A stretch of 64,000 nucleotides of DNA, taken from positions 35,685-99,684 of the forward strand of contig CAUWMZ010000002.1 of the NCBI GenBank assembly GCA_963560035.1. The letters are read 5' to 3'. Origin of the DNA: an uncultured Parabacteroides sp. GTDB taxonomy: Bacteria > Bacteroidota > Bacteroidia > Bacteroidales > Tannerellaceae. Of this stretch, positions 18,762 to 28,019 are shown in pieces (within the stretch, counting starts at the first letter, position 1; each line of letters opens with the position of its first letter). The notes beneath the pieces were generated by a model. The model was not told where the DNA came from. It saw only the letters and a program-made list of their open reading frames with translations, and did not search any database. Position numbers and translations under genes: made by a program.

Positions 18762-19703
18762 TTGAAGTCGCTTTTTTAGTTTCATAAGCAGATTAAAAAG
18801 CCCGATACGTTTTAGAAGTAGTTTGATGTAAAGGCGAGTGGCACTTTTGCCATCCATGATGAAGGAGCGGAAATATGCTTCCTCTTCTTTTCTGTTATGT
18901 TCGATATGAGGGTTGTGTATAAGCGGTAAGATAGCTTCTGTTGTTCGATCGGCAAGGGGAGAGTTCTTGTCTGTCGTATTGACGGCCCCTTCTCCAAATC
19001 CTATATTTGACACAAGATTCACCTTTGGCGAGATTGCCAGGAGATGATTGAACCATAGGCAGAATGTCAGTTGATAATCCCAGGTGGGAATCTCTTTTCG
19101 AGCAATCTGTTTGAAAATGGTTTCCCAATAAGCTCGCTCTTTCAGTGTGGGAAAATTTTCATGTAATGTATGCTTTAACACATCGGGAGTGATATGTGAT
19201 AAATCTAATGTATATTTATCAATCGTGCGTCGCCAGGTTGCCCATCCCCAAATGTGATTATAGAGCGTAAAGGTATATGAGAAAGGGAAGTGAGGATCTG
19301 GGATAAAATTGGGTCCGGAGATCGCTCCGATCCGTGGATTATCTTTATATTTGTCAAGTAATTCCTCACAGTAAAGGAAGAAGTCCGGATGAGGCAGACA
19401 GTCATGCTCTAATATGATACCTTGTTCTTCTTGAGAGAAGAACCATTTGATGAAAGTATAAGGGCCGTGTGATGGGCCGACATTTTCTTTCAAGAAAAGG
19501 GTCTTTACCTGACAAGGCCAATCAACTTGTTTGGCGAGAGAGCGGGTTTGTTGGCAGGCTTTATCTTCGCCGTCTTTATTGAGGCGGGGACCATCGCAGG
19601 CGATATAGAGCTTTTGTGGTTGCGCTTTACGTATAGCCTCAAAAACACGAGATGCCGTATCGAAGCGATTAAATACGATAAAGAGTATGGGTGTCCGTAA
19701 CAT
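18756..19703 (-). CDS. Nucleotide-diphospho-sugar transferase (GT-A, HlpA-like), inverted relative to the cluster
   Basis: TPILFIVFNR, LYIACDGPR, ILEHDC, WGWATW, WDYQ and NLVSNIGFG motifs. Confidence 0.85.
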   Translation of the reverse strand: MLRTPILFIVFNRFDTASRVFEAIRKAQPQKLYIACDGPRLNKDGEDKACQQTRSLAKQVDWPCQVKTLFLKENVGPSHGPYTFIKWFFSQEEQGIILEHDCLPHPDFFLYCEELLDKYKDNPRIGAISGPNFIPDPHFPFSYTFTLYNHIWGWATWRRTIDKYTLDLSHITPDVLKHTLHENFPTLKERAYWETIFKQIARKEIPTWDYQLTFCLWFNHLLAISPKVNLVSNIGFGEGAVNTTDKNSPLADRTTEAILPLIHNPHIEHNRKEEEAYFRSFIMDGKSATRLYIKLLLKRIGLFNLLMKLKKRLQS

Positions 19704-19724
19704 TCTTCTTTGTTTATGTCTGCG

Positions 19725-19732
19725 CGAAGATA
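19725..19732 (-). promoter_or_regulatory. Near-consensus -7 box (TATCTTCG) for the inverted GT
   Basis: One mismatch to TAnnTTTG, 21 nt upstream of the ATG at 19703. Confidence 0.4.
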
Positions 19733-19736
19733 GTAT

Positions 19737-20618
19737 ATGGTGAGGAATGCCACAAGTTTAGAAAAAGGGTATATGGAATTGAGTTTAAAGATTGAGCAGG
19801 TGAAGTCCGCTATTCGGAAAAGATGGATGAAGCCTAAACAAAAGTGTTTGGGAACTTGGTTGTCAAAGGGGTATGTGAATGCTCCGTTAGTTACGTTTAT
19901 TATTCAATCTCATAATAAAAGTGTGCAGGTCCAGCATGTGGTAGAGAAGTTGAGGTGCTATCCGAAAGCGGAAATTATCGTGGTTGATGATGGCTCGAAC
20001 TTCACGCATCATGTTTCATTGATGAAGTTCTTGAATCAAGGCAATGAGTTCCTTGTTCGAGCGAATGATTTGTACGAGAATGTGATGTATGATAAGACAA
20101 TTCGTATGGCGAATGGTCGTTATATCGCTTTATTGCAAGATGATGATGATTTCAGAGATTTGACATGGGTGGAAGATGCGATCTCCTATTTTCAACGTTA
20201 TCCGAAGTTGGCTATCTTGGGTGGACGAGACTATTTGGATTTTTCTATTGATAAAGAAAATAAGTGTTTTAATATTTTGCTTCAAACACCTCAAGCGAGT
20301 GAGAAGTTTCGTTTTGTGGCGCATGTGAATCGTGCTCCGATGTGGATTTGTAAGGATTTATTTCAAGAACGGTTGAAACATATTAACTTCGATTTTGCGC
20401 CTTTTCAATTTGACGATATAGAACTGTGCTTGCGAGCTTGGCTGAATGATTGTCAAGTGGGATGGTATCGAACGGAGTTTCATTCTTTGAGTGCTGGTGG
20501 AATGCGTATATGGAATAATGCTTTCGCGCAAGACCAATGTCGTAGGAATAGCCAAAAACTATATACGCTGTTTAAAGAGAAAGATGAAGAGATTCATCAA
20601 ATCATGAACAGGCAATGA
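19737..20618 (+). CDS. Glycosyltransferase family 2
   Basis: VTFIIQSHN, IIVVDDGS, ALLQDDDD and FDDIELCLR motifs; true start may be the later MELSLK. Confidence 0.75.
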   Translation: MVRNATSLEKGYMELSLKIEQVKSAIRKRWMKPKQKCLGTWLSKGYVNAPLVTFIIQSHNKSVQVQHVVEKLRCYPKAEIIVVDDGSNFTHHVSLMKFLNQGNEFLVRANDLYENVMYDKTIRMANGRYIALLQDDDDFRDLTWVEDAISYFQRYPKLAILGGRDYLDFSIDKENKCFNILLQTPQASEKFRFVAHVNRAPMWICKDLFQERLKHINFDFAPFQFDDIELCLRAWLNDCQVGWYRTEFHSLSAGGMRIWNNAFAQDQCRRNSQKLYTLFKEKDEEIHQIMNRQ

Positions 20619-21886
20619 AGGTATTGATATTAAGTACATCTGAAGGTACTGGAGGTGCGGCTGTCGCCGCTAATCGTTTAATGAACGCTTTGTCGAAAAG
20701 TGGCGTGAGCGTGAAGATGTTGGTACGTGATAGAAAAAGCGATGATCCTCGGGTTGTAGCCTTGAATGATAGACTCGCTTTCAAACGTTTTAATTTTATC
20801 CGTTTTGTTTGGGAGCGACTGATTATCTTTTTGTGTAATCACTTGAGAAGGACATCGCTGTTTCAGGTGTCTATCGCTAATACAGGGACAGATATTTCTC
20901 ATCATCCCTTAGTGGAAGAGGCGGATATTATTCATTTACATTGGGTTAATCAAGGATTTTTATCGTTGCTTGATATTAAACGCTTGATAGAAACAGGAAA
21001 GCCTGTTGTGTGGACAATGCATGATATGTGGCCTTGTACTGCGATTTGTCATTATTCGTATGGGTGTGAGCGTTTTCATGACTCATGTGGTTGTTGTCCG
21101 TTTTTATATTCTCATTGGAAGTTTGATTTATCTTATTTTACTTTTCAAAAGAAGCGTTTCTTTAAAGAATCGAAATTGCAGTTAGTGGCTGTTAGTTCTT
21201 GGTTGAAAGAGCAGGCAATGTATAGTGCCTTGACAAAGGGGTTGCCTGTTGAGGTAATACCGAATGTGATAGATACGGACATTTTTAAGCCGGGAGATAA
21301 GGATAAGGCACGTGAGGAGCTTTGTTTGCCTCGCCATAAGCGAATTTTATTGATGGGTGCTGCTCGGATAAACAATCCGATAAAGGGATTGGACTATCTG
21401 ATTCGTGCGCTTTCTATCTTGAAGGCAGAAGAACAAGGGGCGGATGATTCTTTATTCGTGGTTTTGTTTGGTGGTATTAAAGGAGATGATTCTTTCTTGA
21501 AACAACTCCCTGTTTCTTTTGAGGCTATGGGCTTATTACATGATACGACTAAGATCGCAAAATTATATATGGCGGCGGATGTGACAGTGGTACCTTCGCT
21601 TTATGAGACTTTTGGACAGACTATCATTGAGGGCATGGCGTGTGGTTGTCCTGCTGTAACTTTCAATAATAGTGGACAAACAGATATTATAGATCATAAG
21701 AAAGACGGTTATTTAGCGAGGTATAAAGATCCAGAAGATTTGGCTCGCGGTATTCGTTGGGCTTTGTCTCATGCGGATGATATGTCCCTGAAAGAGGCTT
21801 GTGCACAGAAGGTGAAGGATCGTTATCGGGAGTCTGTTGTTGCCGAGAAGTATATTAATTTGTATCAACATTTAAGAAAAGAATAA
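20615..21886 (+). CDS. Glycosyltransferase family 4 (WcaC-like)
   Basis: GGAAVAANRL, IIHLHW, VWTMHDMW, KGLDYL and ETFGQTIIEGMACG motifs. Confidence 0.9.
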   Translation: MKVLILSTSEGTGGAAVAANRLMNALSKSGVSVKMLVRDRKSDDPRVVALNDRLAFKRFNFIRFVWERLIIFLCNHLRRTSLFQVSIANTGTDISHHPLVEEADIIHLHWVNQGFLSLLDIKRLIETGKPVVWTMHDMWPCTAICHYSYGCERFHDSCGCCPFLYSHWKFDLSYFTFQKKRFFKESKLQLVAVSSWLKEQAMYSALTKGLPVEVIPNVIDTDIFKPGDKDKAREELCLPRHKRILLMGAARINNPIKGLDYLIRALSILKAEEQGADDSLFVVLFGGIKGDDSFLKQLPVSFEAMGLLHDTTKIAKLYMAADVTVVPSLYETFGQTIIEGMACGCPAVTFNNSGQTDIIDHKKDGYLARYKDPEDLARGIRWALSHADDMSLKEACAQKVKDRYRESVVAEKYINLYQHLRKE

Positions 21887-21887
21887 C

Positions 21888-22649
21888 ATGAGTTTGCAGC
21901 CTACATTTTCGATTATTACGGTGACTTTTAATGCGGAGCGTTGGTTGGAACGAACGGTATTGAGTGTATTGAGCCAATCGTATCCAAATATAGAGTATAT
22001 TGTTATTGACGGAGCTTCGAAAGATAAGACCGTTGAGATTATCAAGCAGTATGAGTCGGGTATTTCTTATTGGGTAAGTGAGCCGGATGGGGGACTGTAT
22101 GATGCGATGAATAAAGGCTTACGACGGGCTACAGGCGATTATGTTTGGTTTTTGAATGCGGGTGATACGCTTTATACATCAGATACATTGCAGCGAATAG
22201 TTGCTTCATTGAAAAAGAAAGTATCTTTGCCTGACGTGATTTATGGGGAGACACAAATTGTCGATGTGGATGGTAAATCGCTAGGAATGCGTCGTTTGAA
22301 AGCGCCGAGAAAACTGACATGGAAAAGTTTCCGTATGGGGATGTTGGTTTGTCATCAGTCATTTATCGCTAAGCGCACGATAGCTCCTTTATATAATTTG
22401 GACTATTGTTGGGTAGCGGATTATGATTGGTGTATCTTATGTTTAAAGCGTTCAAAGAAGGTGCATAACACCTTTGGTGTATTGTCTAATTATTTGGAGG
22501 AAGGACTTAGTAGTGCGCATCGAAAAGATTCGCTCAAAGAGCGTTATCGAGTTATGTGTAACTATTACGGTAAGGCATCTACAGTCTTATTGCATGGCTG
22601 GTTCGCTGTGAGGTTTTATTTCGCCAAATGGGTTAAGGGTAGAGTATAA
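21888..22649 (+). CDS. Glycosyltransferase family 2 (WcaE-like)
   Basis: FSIITVTFNA, IDGASKD, SEPDGGLYDAMNKG, FLNAGD and HQSF motifs. Confidence 0.9.
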   Translation: MSLQPTFSIITVTFNAERWLERTVLSVLSQSYPNIEYIVIDGASKDKTVEIIKQYESGISYWVSEPDGGLYDAMNKGLRRATGDYVWFLNAGDTLYTSDTLQRIVASLKKKVSLPDVIYGETQIVDVDGKSLGMRRLKAPRKLTWKSFRMGMLVCHQSFIAKRTIAPLYNLDYCWVADYDWCILCLKRSKKVHNTFGVLSNYLEEGLSSAHRKDSLKERYRVMCNYYGKASTVLLHGWFAVRFYFAKWVKGRV

Positions 22650-22672
22650 ATAATAAATTATAGATAGATCTT

Positions 22673-25180
22673 ATGCGGAATATGTTAAGAGAATGGGGAA
22701 AACATATTGCGGCTATAGCCATCTTTTTGGTGCTGACTGTGATTTACTTTTCTCCTGCCGTCTTTGATGGGAAAGTCATTCGACAGGGTGACATGGAGAA
22801 AGCGGTCGGAATGGGCGCAAGTCAAATGGAGCAGTATGAAAAGACTGCTAAGCCGGGAGAGTTTAGTGCTTGGTCGGATGCTATGTTTGGAGGTATGCCT
22901 TATGTGACAGGATATGGTGATCCGGCACCTAAATTGCCGAGTTATCTTTGGGTCGATCATCCGTTGAAAGCTTTAGGTTATGAGGACGCTGGAATGGTTT
23001 TCACCGGATTCATTTGTTTTTATATCTTGATGTGTGTAATGGGAATCAGTGGTTGGTTGGCGATAGCGGGGGCGATAGCGTTCGCGTTGGCATCCTACAA
23101 CTTGATTATTATAGAGGCGGGACATATTACGAAAGCTTATGTAATTGCTTATATGCCATTAACCTTGGCGGGTATGGCTCTTTTGTTCAGGCATAGATAT
23201 ATATGGGGGGGCATTGTCTTTTTATTGGGCGTGGCTTTCTCTATCGCCAATGTGCATTTACAGATTACATATTATTTGATGTTGTTGTGCGTATTTATCT
23301 ATTTGGGTTATATGTGCAAGGAATTCTGTGAGAAGAGATACAAAGAATTGGTAAAGGTAACGCTTATAATGATAGTTGCTGTTGTTCTGGCGATCTTACC
23401 CAATGCTCGTAATATGTATGCTCAGTGGGATCTTGGTATTAATTCTATTCGTGGGGCTACAGAGTTGACAACGACTACGCCTTCAGGGGAAAAGATCTCT
23501 TCGGGTTTGGATAAGGATTATGCTTTTGCTTGGAGCTATGGTAAAGGTGAGTTGTTGACATTCTTGGTTCCAAATGCCTATGGAGGTAGTTCTGGTGGCA
23601 TGTTGGGCGCAGATTCTGAGCTATATAAAGAGCTACGTTCTAAGGGTGCTCAATTGGGAAAGGAGGTACAAGCACCAACTTATTGGGGTGATAAGGCGTT
23701 TACGTCTGGACCGGTTTATTTTGGAGCGGTGATTTGTTTCCTATTTGTTTTGGGAATGTTTGTCGTTCAAAATCGAATGAAATGGTGGTTGTTCGCAGGT
23801 TCTGTATTTTTGATACTTTTGGCTTTGGGTCGGAATTTCGATAGTTTCAATGACGTGATGTTTCATTATTTACCGATGTATAATAAGTTTCGTACGGTAG
23901 AGATGGCATTAGTGATTCCCGGTATGGTCTTTCCAATCATAGCTATGTGGGGATTGAAAGAAATTTTATCAGGGAAGGTAGAAGACGCTTTGTTGAAAAA
24001 AGGACTTATAGCGGCTTTATCCATAACAGGAGGACTCTCATTGTTTATATGGTTAATGCCTAGTATGTTCTTGGATTTCCGTTCTGCGATCGATACGCAA
24101 TATCAATTGCCGGATTGGTATTATAATGCTTTGTTGATGGATAGAGCTTCGTTGGCTTCTGCCGATGCTTTGCGCTCATTAATTTTTATAGTATTAGGCG
24201 CTATTTTGCTATTTTGGTTCTATATATCGAAAAATAGAGAAAAGGTAGCATCTCTTGTAGCGTTGGGTGTCGCTATTTTGGTGTTAATTGATTTGTGGAT
24301 GGTCGATAAGCGTTATTTGAACGATAACAACTTTGTGCGTCAGAAACCGACAGAGCTTTATCAGCAGACTGTAGCCGATAAAGCCATTTTAGAAGATAAG
24401 GATCTGTCATATCGAGTATTGAATTTGAATAATCCATTTTTAGAAACTGCTACTTCCTATTATCATCATTCTATTGGAGGATATTATGCGGCAAAACTGC
24501 GACGTTATCAAGAGCTGATAGATCATCGTCTACAGAAGGAGTTGGATACGATTATTTCTGGCTTGCAGAAGGCTCGTACGGCAGAAGATTTAATGGGCGT
24601 ATTTGCCGCTTGTCCTTCATTGAATATGTTGAACGCACGTTATATTATTTATAATCCGGAACAACCGCCATTGCGTAATCCATTTGCTTTTGGTAATGCT
24701 TGGTTTGTGGATAAGGTAGATGTTGTTGAAAATGCTGATGCTGAGATTGCGGCATTGGAATCATTAAATCCATTGACAGAAGCTGTGGTTGATCGTCGTT
24801 TCGCTAAAGGTTTGGATGGTTTTACACCGCAATTAGATTCTACAGCGACTATCTCATTAGAGAGTTATCGCCCAAATCGTTTAGTGTATAAGTCAAAGGC
24901 TTCTTCTGATCAATTGGCTGTATTTTCGGAGATTTATTATCAACCGGGATGGAATGTGACAATTGATGGTAAACCCGCTTCGCATTTTCGAGCGGATTGG
25001 ATTTTACGTGCGATGATTGTACCGAAGGGAGAGCATCGGATCGTATTTGAGTTTAAGCCTCAAGCTTATATTACAGCTTCTTATGTGACGTCTTTCAGCT
25101 CATTCTTGATTTTATTGTTATTGCTTGGTGCGGTGGGTTATTCTGTTTGGAAGGAATTGAAACGCCCATCAAAGATGTAA
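22673..25180 (+). CDS. YfhO family membrane protein (GT-C-like)
   Basis: 835 aa multi-TM protein; QGDM, WSDAMFGGMP, YAFAWSYG, YWGD..FTSGPVYFG, YNKFR, IGGYYAAKL and SEIYYQPGW motifs. Confidence 0.8.
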   Translation: MRNMLREWGKHIAAIAIFLVLTVIYFSPAVFDGKVIRQGDMEKAVGMGASQMEQYEKTAKPGEFSAWSDAMFGGMPYVTGYGDPAPKLPSYLWVDHPLKALGYEDAGMVFTGFICFYILMCVMGISGWLAIAGAIAFALASYNLIIIEAGHITKAYVIAYMPLTLAGMALLFRHRYIWGGIVFLLGVAFSIANVHLQITYYLMLLCVFIYLGYMCKEFCEKRYKELVKVTLIMIVAVVLAILPNARNMYAQWDLGINSIRGATELTTTTPSGEKISSGLDKDYAFAWSYGKGELLTFLVPNAYGGSSGGMLGADSELYKELRSKGAQLGKEVQAPTYWGDKAFTSGPVYFGAVICFLFVLGMFVVQNRMKWWLFAGSVFLILLALGRNFDSFNDVMFHYLPMYNKFRTVEMALVIPGMVFPIIAMWGLKEILSGKVEDALLKKGLIAALSITGGLSLFIWLMPSMFLDFRSAIDTQYQLPDWYYNALLMDRASLASADALRSLIFIVLGAILLFWFYISKNREKVASLVALGVAILVLIDLWMVDKRYLNDNNFVRQKPTELYQQTVADKAILEDKDLSYRVLNLNNPFLETATSYYHHSIGGYYAAKLRRYQELIDHRLQKELDTIISGLQKARTAEDLMGVFAACPSLNMLNARYIIYNPEQPPLRNPFAFGNAWFVDKVDVVENADAEIAALESLNPLTEAVVDRRFAKGLDGFTPQLDSTATISLESYRPNRLVYKSKASSDQLAVFSEIYYQPGWNVTIDGKPASHFRADWILRAMIVPKGEHRIVFEFKPQAYITASYVTSFSSFLILLLLLGAVGYSVWKELKRPSKM

Positions 25181-25220
25181 TATGTTTATATGTCTCAATA
25201 AATATTTTTTTTGAGACAAT

Positions 25221-25271
25221 GAAGAGCGTTCTTGAAAAGTTCTGCAATAAAACTTTTCAAGAACGCTCTTC
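25221..25271. repeat. 21-bp perfect inverted repeat between convergent genes (probable bidirectional terminator)
   Basis: GAAGAGCGTTCTTGAAAAGTT (25221-25241), 9-nt loop, AACTTTTCAAGAACGCTCTTC (25251-25271). Confidence 0.8.
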
Positions 25272-25293
25272 TTATTTAAGGTATAGACTTATT

Positions 25294-26418
25294 TTAGGAA
25301 AGTGTTGGTATAAAATCAAGTATTTTTTTTGTTAATCTGCTCCAAGATAGCAGTTCTTTCTCTTTAGCGATGCGTTGTGGATATTGTGCTTGTTGTTCGG
25401 GAGTAAATAGATCTTTAATGCCTTTAGCGATAGCTGTCGCAGATATTTCAGGCACGACAATGCCTGTTTCTGGACGAGCGATGCTATTATAAAAGTCGCC
25501 TACGGGGGTGCTTAGCATTGGTAAATCATAATGATAGGCGACAGATACGACACCGCTTTGTGTTGCGGAGCGATAGGGCAAAATTAATGCGTCTGCCGCA
25601 GAGAAGAAAAGAGGTATTTCCTCGTCACTGATATAACGGTTATGAACAATTATGCGAGAGCGTGCTGAAGAATTGTCGATAAGTTTTTCATATTTGTTGA
25701 AATCTCCATAACATTCACCCGCTATGATCAATTGAAAATTATTATCAAGTAGGTCCATTGCCTCGATTAGTAGGTCTAGTCCTTTGTAATCTCTGATAAG
25801 TCCGAAGAAAAGAAGATTCTTTTTAGTAGAGTCGATTCTTAATTGTTCACAAGCCAATGTATGGTTAACTTTTTGTCCAAAATGGTCATATAGGGGGTGG
25901 GGATTCTGTATGAACTGAGCATGAGGTGATAGCATTAATAAGTCTTTTTTGACATTATCGCTCATGACAATAAATCCGTGGCATTGCTTGAATAAGAGAG
26001 TAGCCAATGGCTTGTCGAAAAAATGCGGTTCATGTGGGATTGCGTTATGAATCAATGTGATGATTTTGCAGTGATTTTTCATCCTGTTTGCGATATGCGC
26101 ATAAGCGGGGACAAAGAAAGACATCCAATAAGCAATGATTAGTACATCTGGCGCATAGTCTCGAATAGCGTTGGTTGTCTGTTGGTAGCTTATTGGGTTG
26201 ATGCTATCCAAAAGGCGTGAGCTCTCTATTTTGATTGCATGATCGTTTTTTCCGACATATTGTGTCTTTCCTGGAAATAGTGAATTGGGGTATAGACGTT
26301 TAAAATTGAATGCTTTGACCTCGTATCCCTCTTTTTGTAATTCATTATAGAGCATGCCGCTAAATTGAGCGATGCCGCCACGATAGGGATAAATAGGGGA
26401 AAGTATGGCAAATCGCAT
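25294..26418 (-). CDS. Glycosyltransferase family 4
   Basis: MRFAILSPIYPYRGGIAQF start (ATG 26418), FFGLIRDYKGLDLL, LPYRSATQSGV motifs. Confidence 0.9.
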   Translation of the reverse strand: MRFAILSPIYPYRGGIAQFSGMLYNELQKEGYEVKAFNFKRLYPNSLFPGKTQYVGKNDHAIKIESSRLLDSINPISYQQTTNAIRDYAPDVLIIAYWMSFFVPAYAHIANRMKNHCKIITLIHNAIPHEPHFFDKPLATLLFKQCHGFIVMSDNVKKDLLMLSPHAQFIQNPHPLYDHFGQKVNHTLACEQLRIDSTKKNLLFFGLIRDYKGLDLLIEAMDLLDNNFQLIIAGECYGDFNKYEKLIDNSSARSRIIVHNRYISDEEIPLFFSAADALILPYRSATQSGVVSVAYHYDLPMLSTPVGDFYNSIARPETGIVVPEISATAIAKGIKDLFTPEQQAQYPQRIAKEKELLSWSRLTKKILDFIPTLS

Positions 26419-26506
26419 ATCGAAAATATTTTTAAGGATGAATAAAGGAGGGCTAAAAAACGTGTGACAAATCATCTCACCGTTTTTTAGCCCTGCTATG
26501 GTTTGA

Positions 26507-27925
26507 TTAATATCTGTAATGATCAGCTTTGAACGGGCCTTCAACAGGAACACCGATATAGTCGGCTTGTTTTTGTGTCAGTTTGGATAGTTTTACACCA
26601 ATACGTTCTAGATGTAGGCGTGCGACTTCCTCGTCTAATCTTTTTGGTAAGCGATAGACGCCTACTTCATAAGCCATTTGCCATAGATCCATTTGTGCGA
26701 GCACTTGGTTTGTGAAAGAGTTACTCATCACGAAAGAAGGATGTCCTGTTGCGCAACCTAAGTTTACTAATCGTCCTTCGGCAAGTAAGAAGATTGAGTT
26801 TCCGTTCGGGAATGTATATTTATCTACTTGCGGTTTGATATTCGTATGTTTGATGTTTGGATAGTTGATAAGCTTATCCACCTGGATCTCGTTATCGAAA
26901 TGTCCAATATTGCAAACGATTGATTGATCTTTCATTTGTGTCATGTGCTCGATAGTGATAATATCACAGTTACCGGTTGTTGTAACGAAGATATTACCTT
27001 CTTTTACGGCTTCCTCCATTGTGGTGACCTCGAAACCTTCCATCGCGGCTTGTAGTGCGCATATAGGATCAATCTCGGTAACCAACACACGGGCTCCATA
27101 AGAGCGCATAGAGTGAGAACAACCTTTACCTACATCTCCATATCCGGCAACAACAACAACTTTACCTGCAATCATGACATCTGTGGCGCGTTTAATGCCA
27201 TCGGCTAATGATTCACGGCAGCCGTAAAGATTATCGAATTTAGATTTTGTAACGGAGTCGTTTACGTTAATAGCGGGAATTAGCAACTCCCCTTTCTCCA
27301 TCATTTGATATAGGCGGTGTACGCCGGTTGTAGTCTCTTCGGATACGCCTTTCATCTCTGCGATAGCGCGATGCCAGCGTGTATTGTCTTCTTGAAGGAT
27401 ATGGTTGAGGGTATCGAGAATTATCTGCTCTTCGTGATTTTCACCTTTGCGGTTGATTGTCTCAGGATCGTTTTCTGCACGATAGCCCATGTGGACCATC
27501 AAAGAGGCGTCTCCACCATCATCGACAATCATGTGTGGACCTTTTCCATTAGGGAATCGTAGCGCCATGTCTGTGCACCACCAATATTCTTCCAAGCTCT
27601 CGCCTTTCCATGCGAATACCGGAACACCATCTGCGGCGATAGCGGCAGCCGCATGATCTTGTGTAGAGAAGATGTTGCAGCTTGCCCAACGAACATCAGC
27701 ACCTAGTGCGACTAATGTTTCGATTAGCACGGCTGTTTGGATCGTCATGTGAAGAGATCCTGTGATGCGTGCGCCTTTCAACGGCTTTTTGTCGGCATAT
27801 TTTTGACGTAAAGCCATCAATCCCGGCATCTCGTGTTCGGCGATCTCGATCTCTTTACGGCCGAACTCAGCCAAACTCATATCCGCCACTTTGTATGGCA
27901 GGTCTGTTGGAAATAATTGTGACAT
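26507..27925 (-). CDS. ahcY: S-adenosyl-L-homocysteine hydrolase
   Basis: [54 protein letters not shown] and GHFDNEI motifs. Confidence 0.97.
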   Translation of the reverse strand: MSQLFPTDLPYKVADMSLAEFGRKEIEIAEHEMPGLMALRQKYADKKPLKGARITGSLHMTIQTAVLIETLVALGADVRWASCNIFSTQDHAAAAIAADGVPVFAWKGESLEEYWWCTDMALRFPNGKGPHMIVDDGGDASLMVHMGYRAENDPETINRKGENHEEQIILDTLNHILQEDNTRWHRAIAEMKGVSEETTTGVHRLYQMMEKGELLIPAINVNDSVTKSKFDNLYGCRESLADGIKRATDVMIAGKVVVVAGYGDVGKGCSHSMRSYGARVLVTEIDPICALQAAMEGFEVTTMEEAVKEGNIFVTTTGNCDIITIEHMTQMKDQSIVCNIGHFDNEIQVDKLINYPNIKHTNIKPQVDKYTFPNGNSIFLLAEGRLVNLGCATGHPSFVMSNSFTNQVLAQMDLWQMAYEVGVYRLPKRLDEEVARLHLERIGVKLSKLTQKQADYIGVPVEGPFKADHYRY

Positions 27926-27958
27926 AAATTACTGCTATATATAATGTGATTGAAGTCA

Positions 27959-27966
27959 CAAAGGTA
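27959..27966 (-). promoter_or_regulatory. -7 box (TACCTTTG) for ahcY
   Basis: Exact TAnnTTTG match 33 nt upstream of the ahcY start. Confidence 0.55.
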
Positions 27967-28019
27967 GTAAAACCATAGACAATTATTTCTCTTTCTGCTT
28001 ATTTATTGATTCTTTGCTG

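Noticed and set aside
18740-19740. Recombinase-invertible segment around the inverted GT
   Set aside because: No convincing inverted repeats at the two boundaries by eye.
26419-26553. ORF-track N-terminal extensions (GT4 here; also wzx 15574, GT2 17036, uvrA 51051, aroQ 59145)
   Set aside because: The extensions overlap neighbouring genes or promoter boxes, and family-typical N-termini begin at the later ATGs.
27926-27966. SAH/SAM riboswitch upstream of ahcY
   Set aside because: The predicted leader is only about 30 nt and has no recognisable structure.
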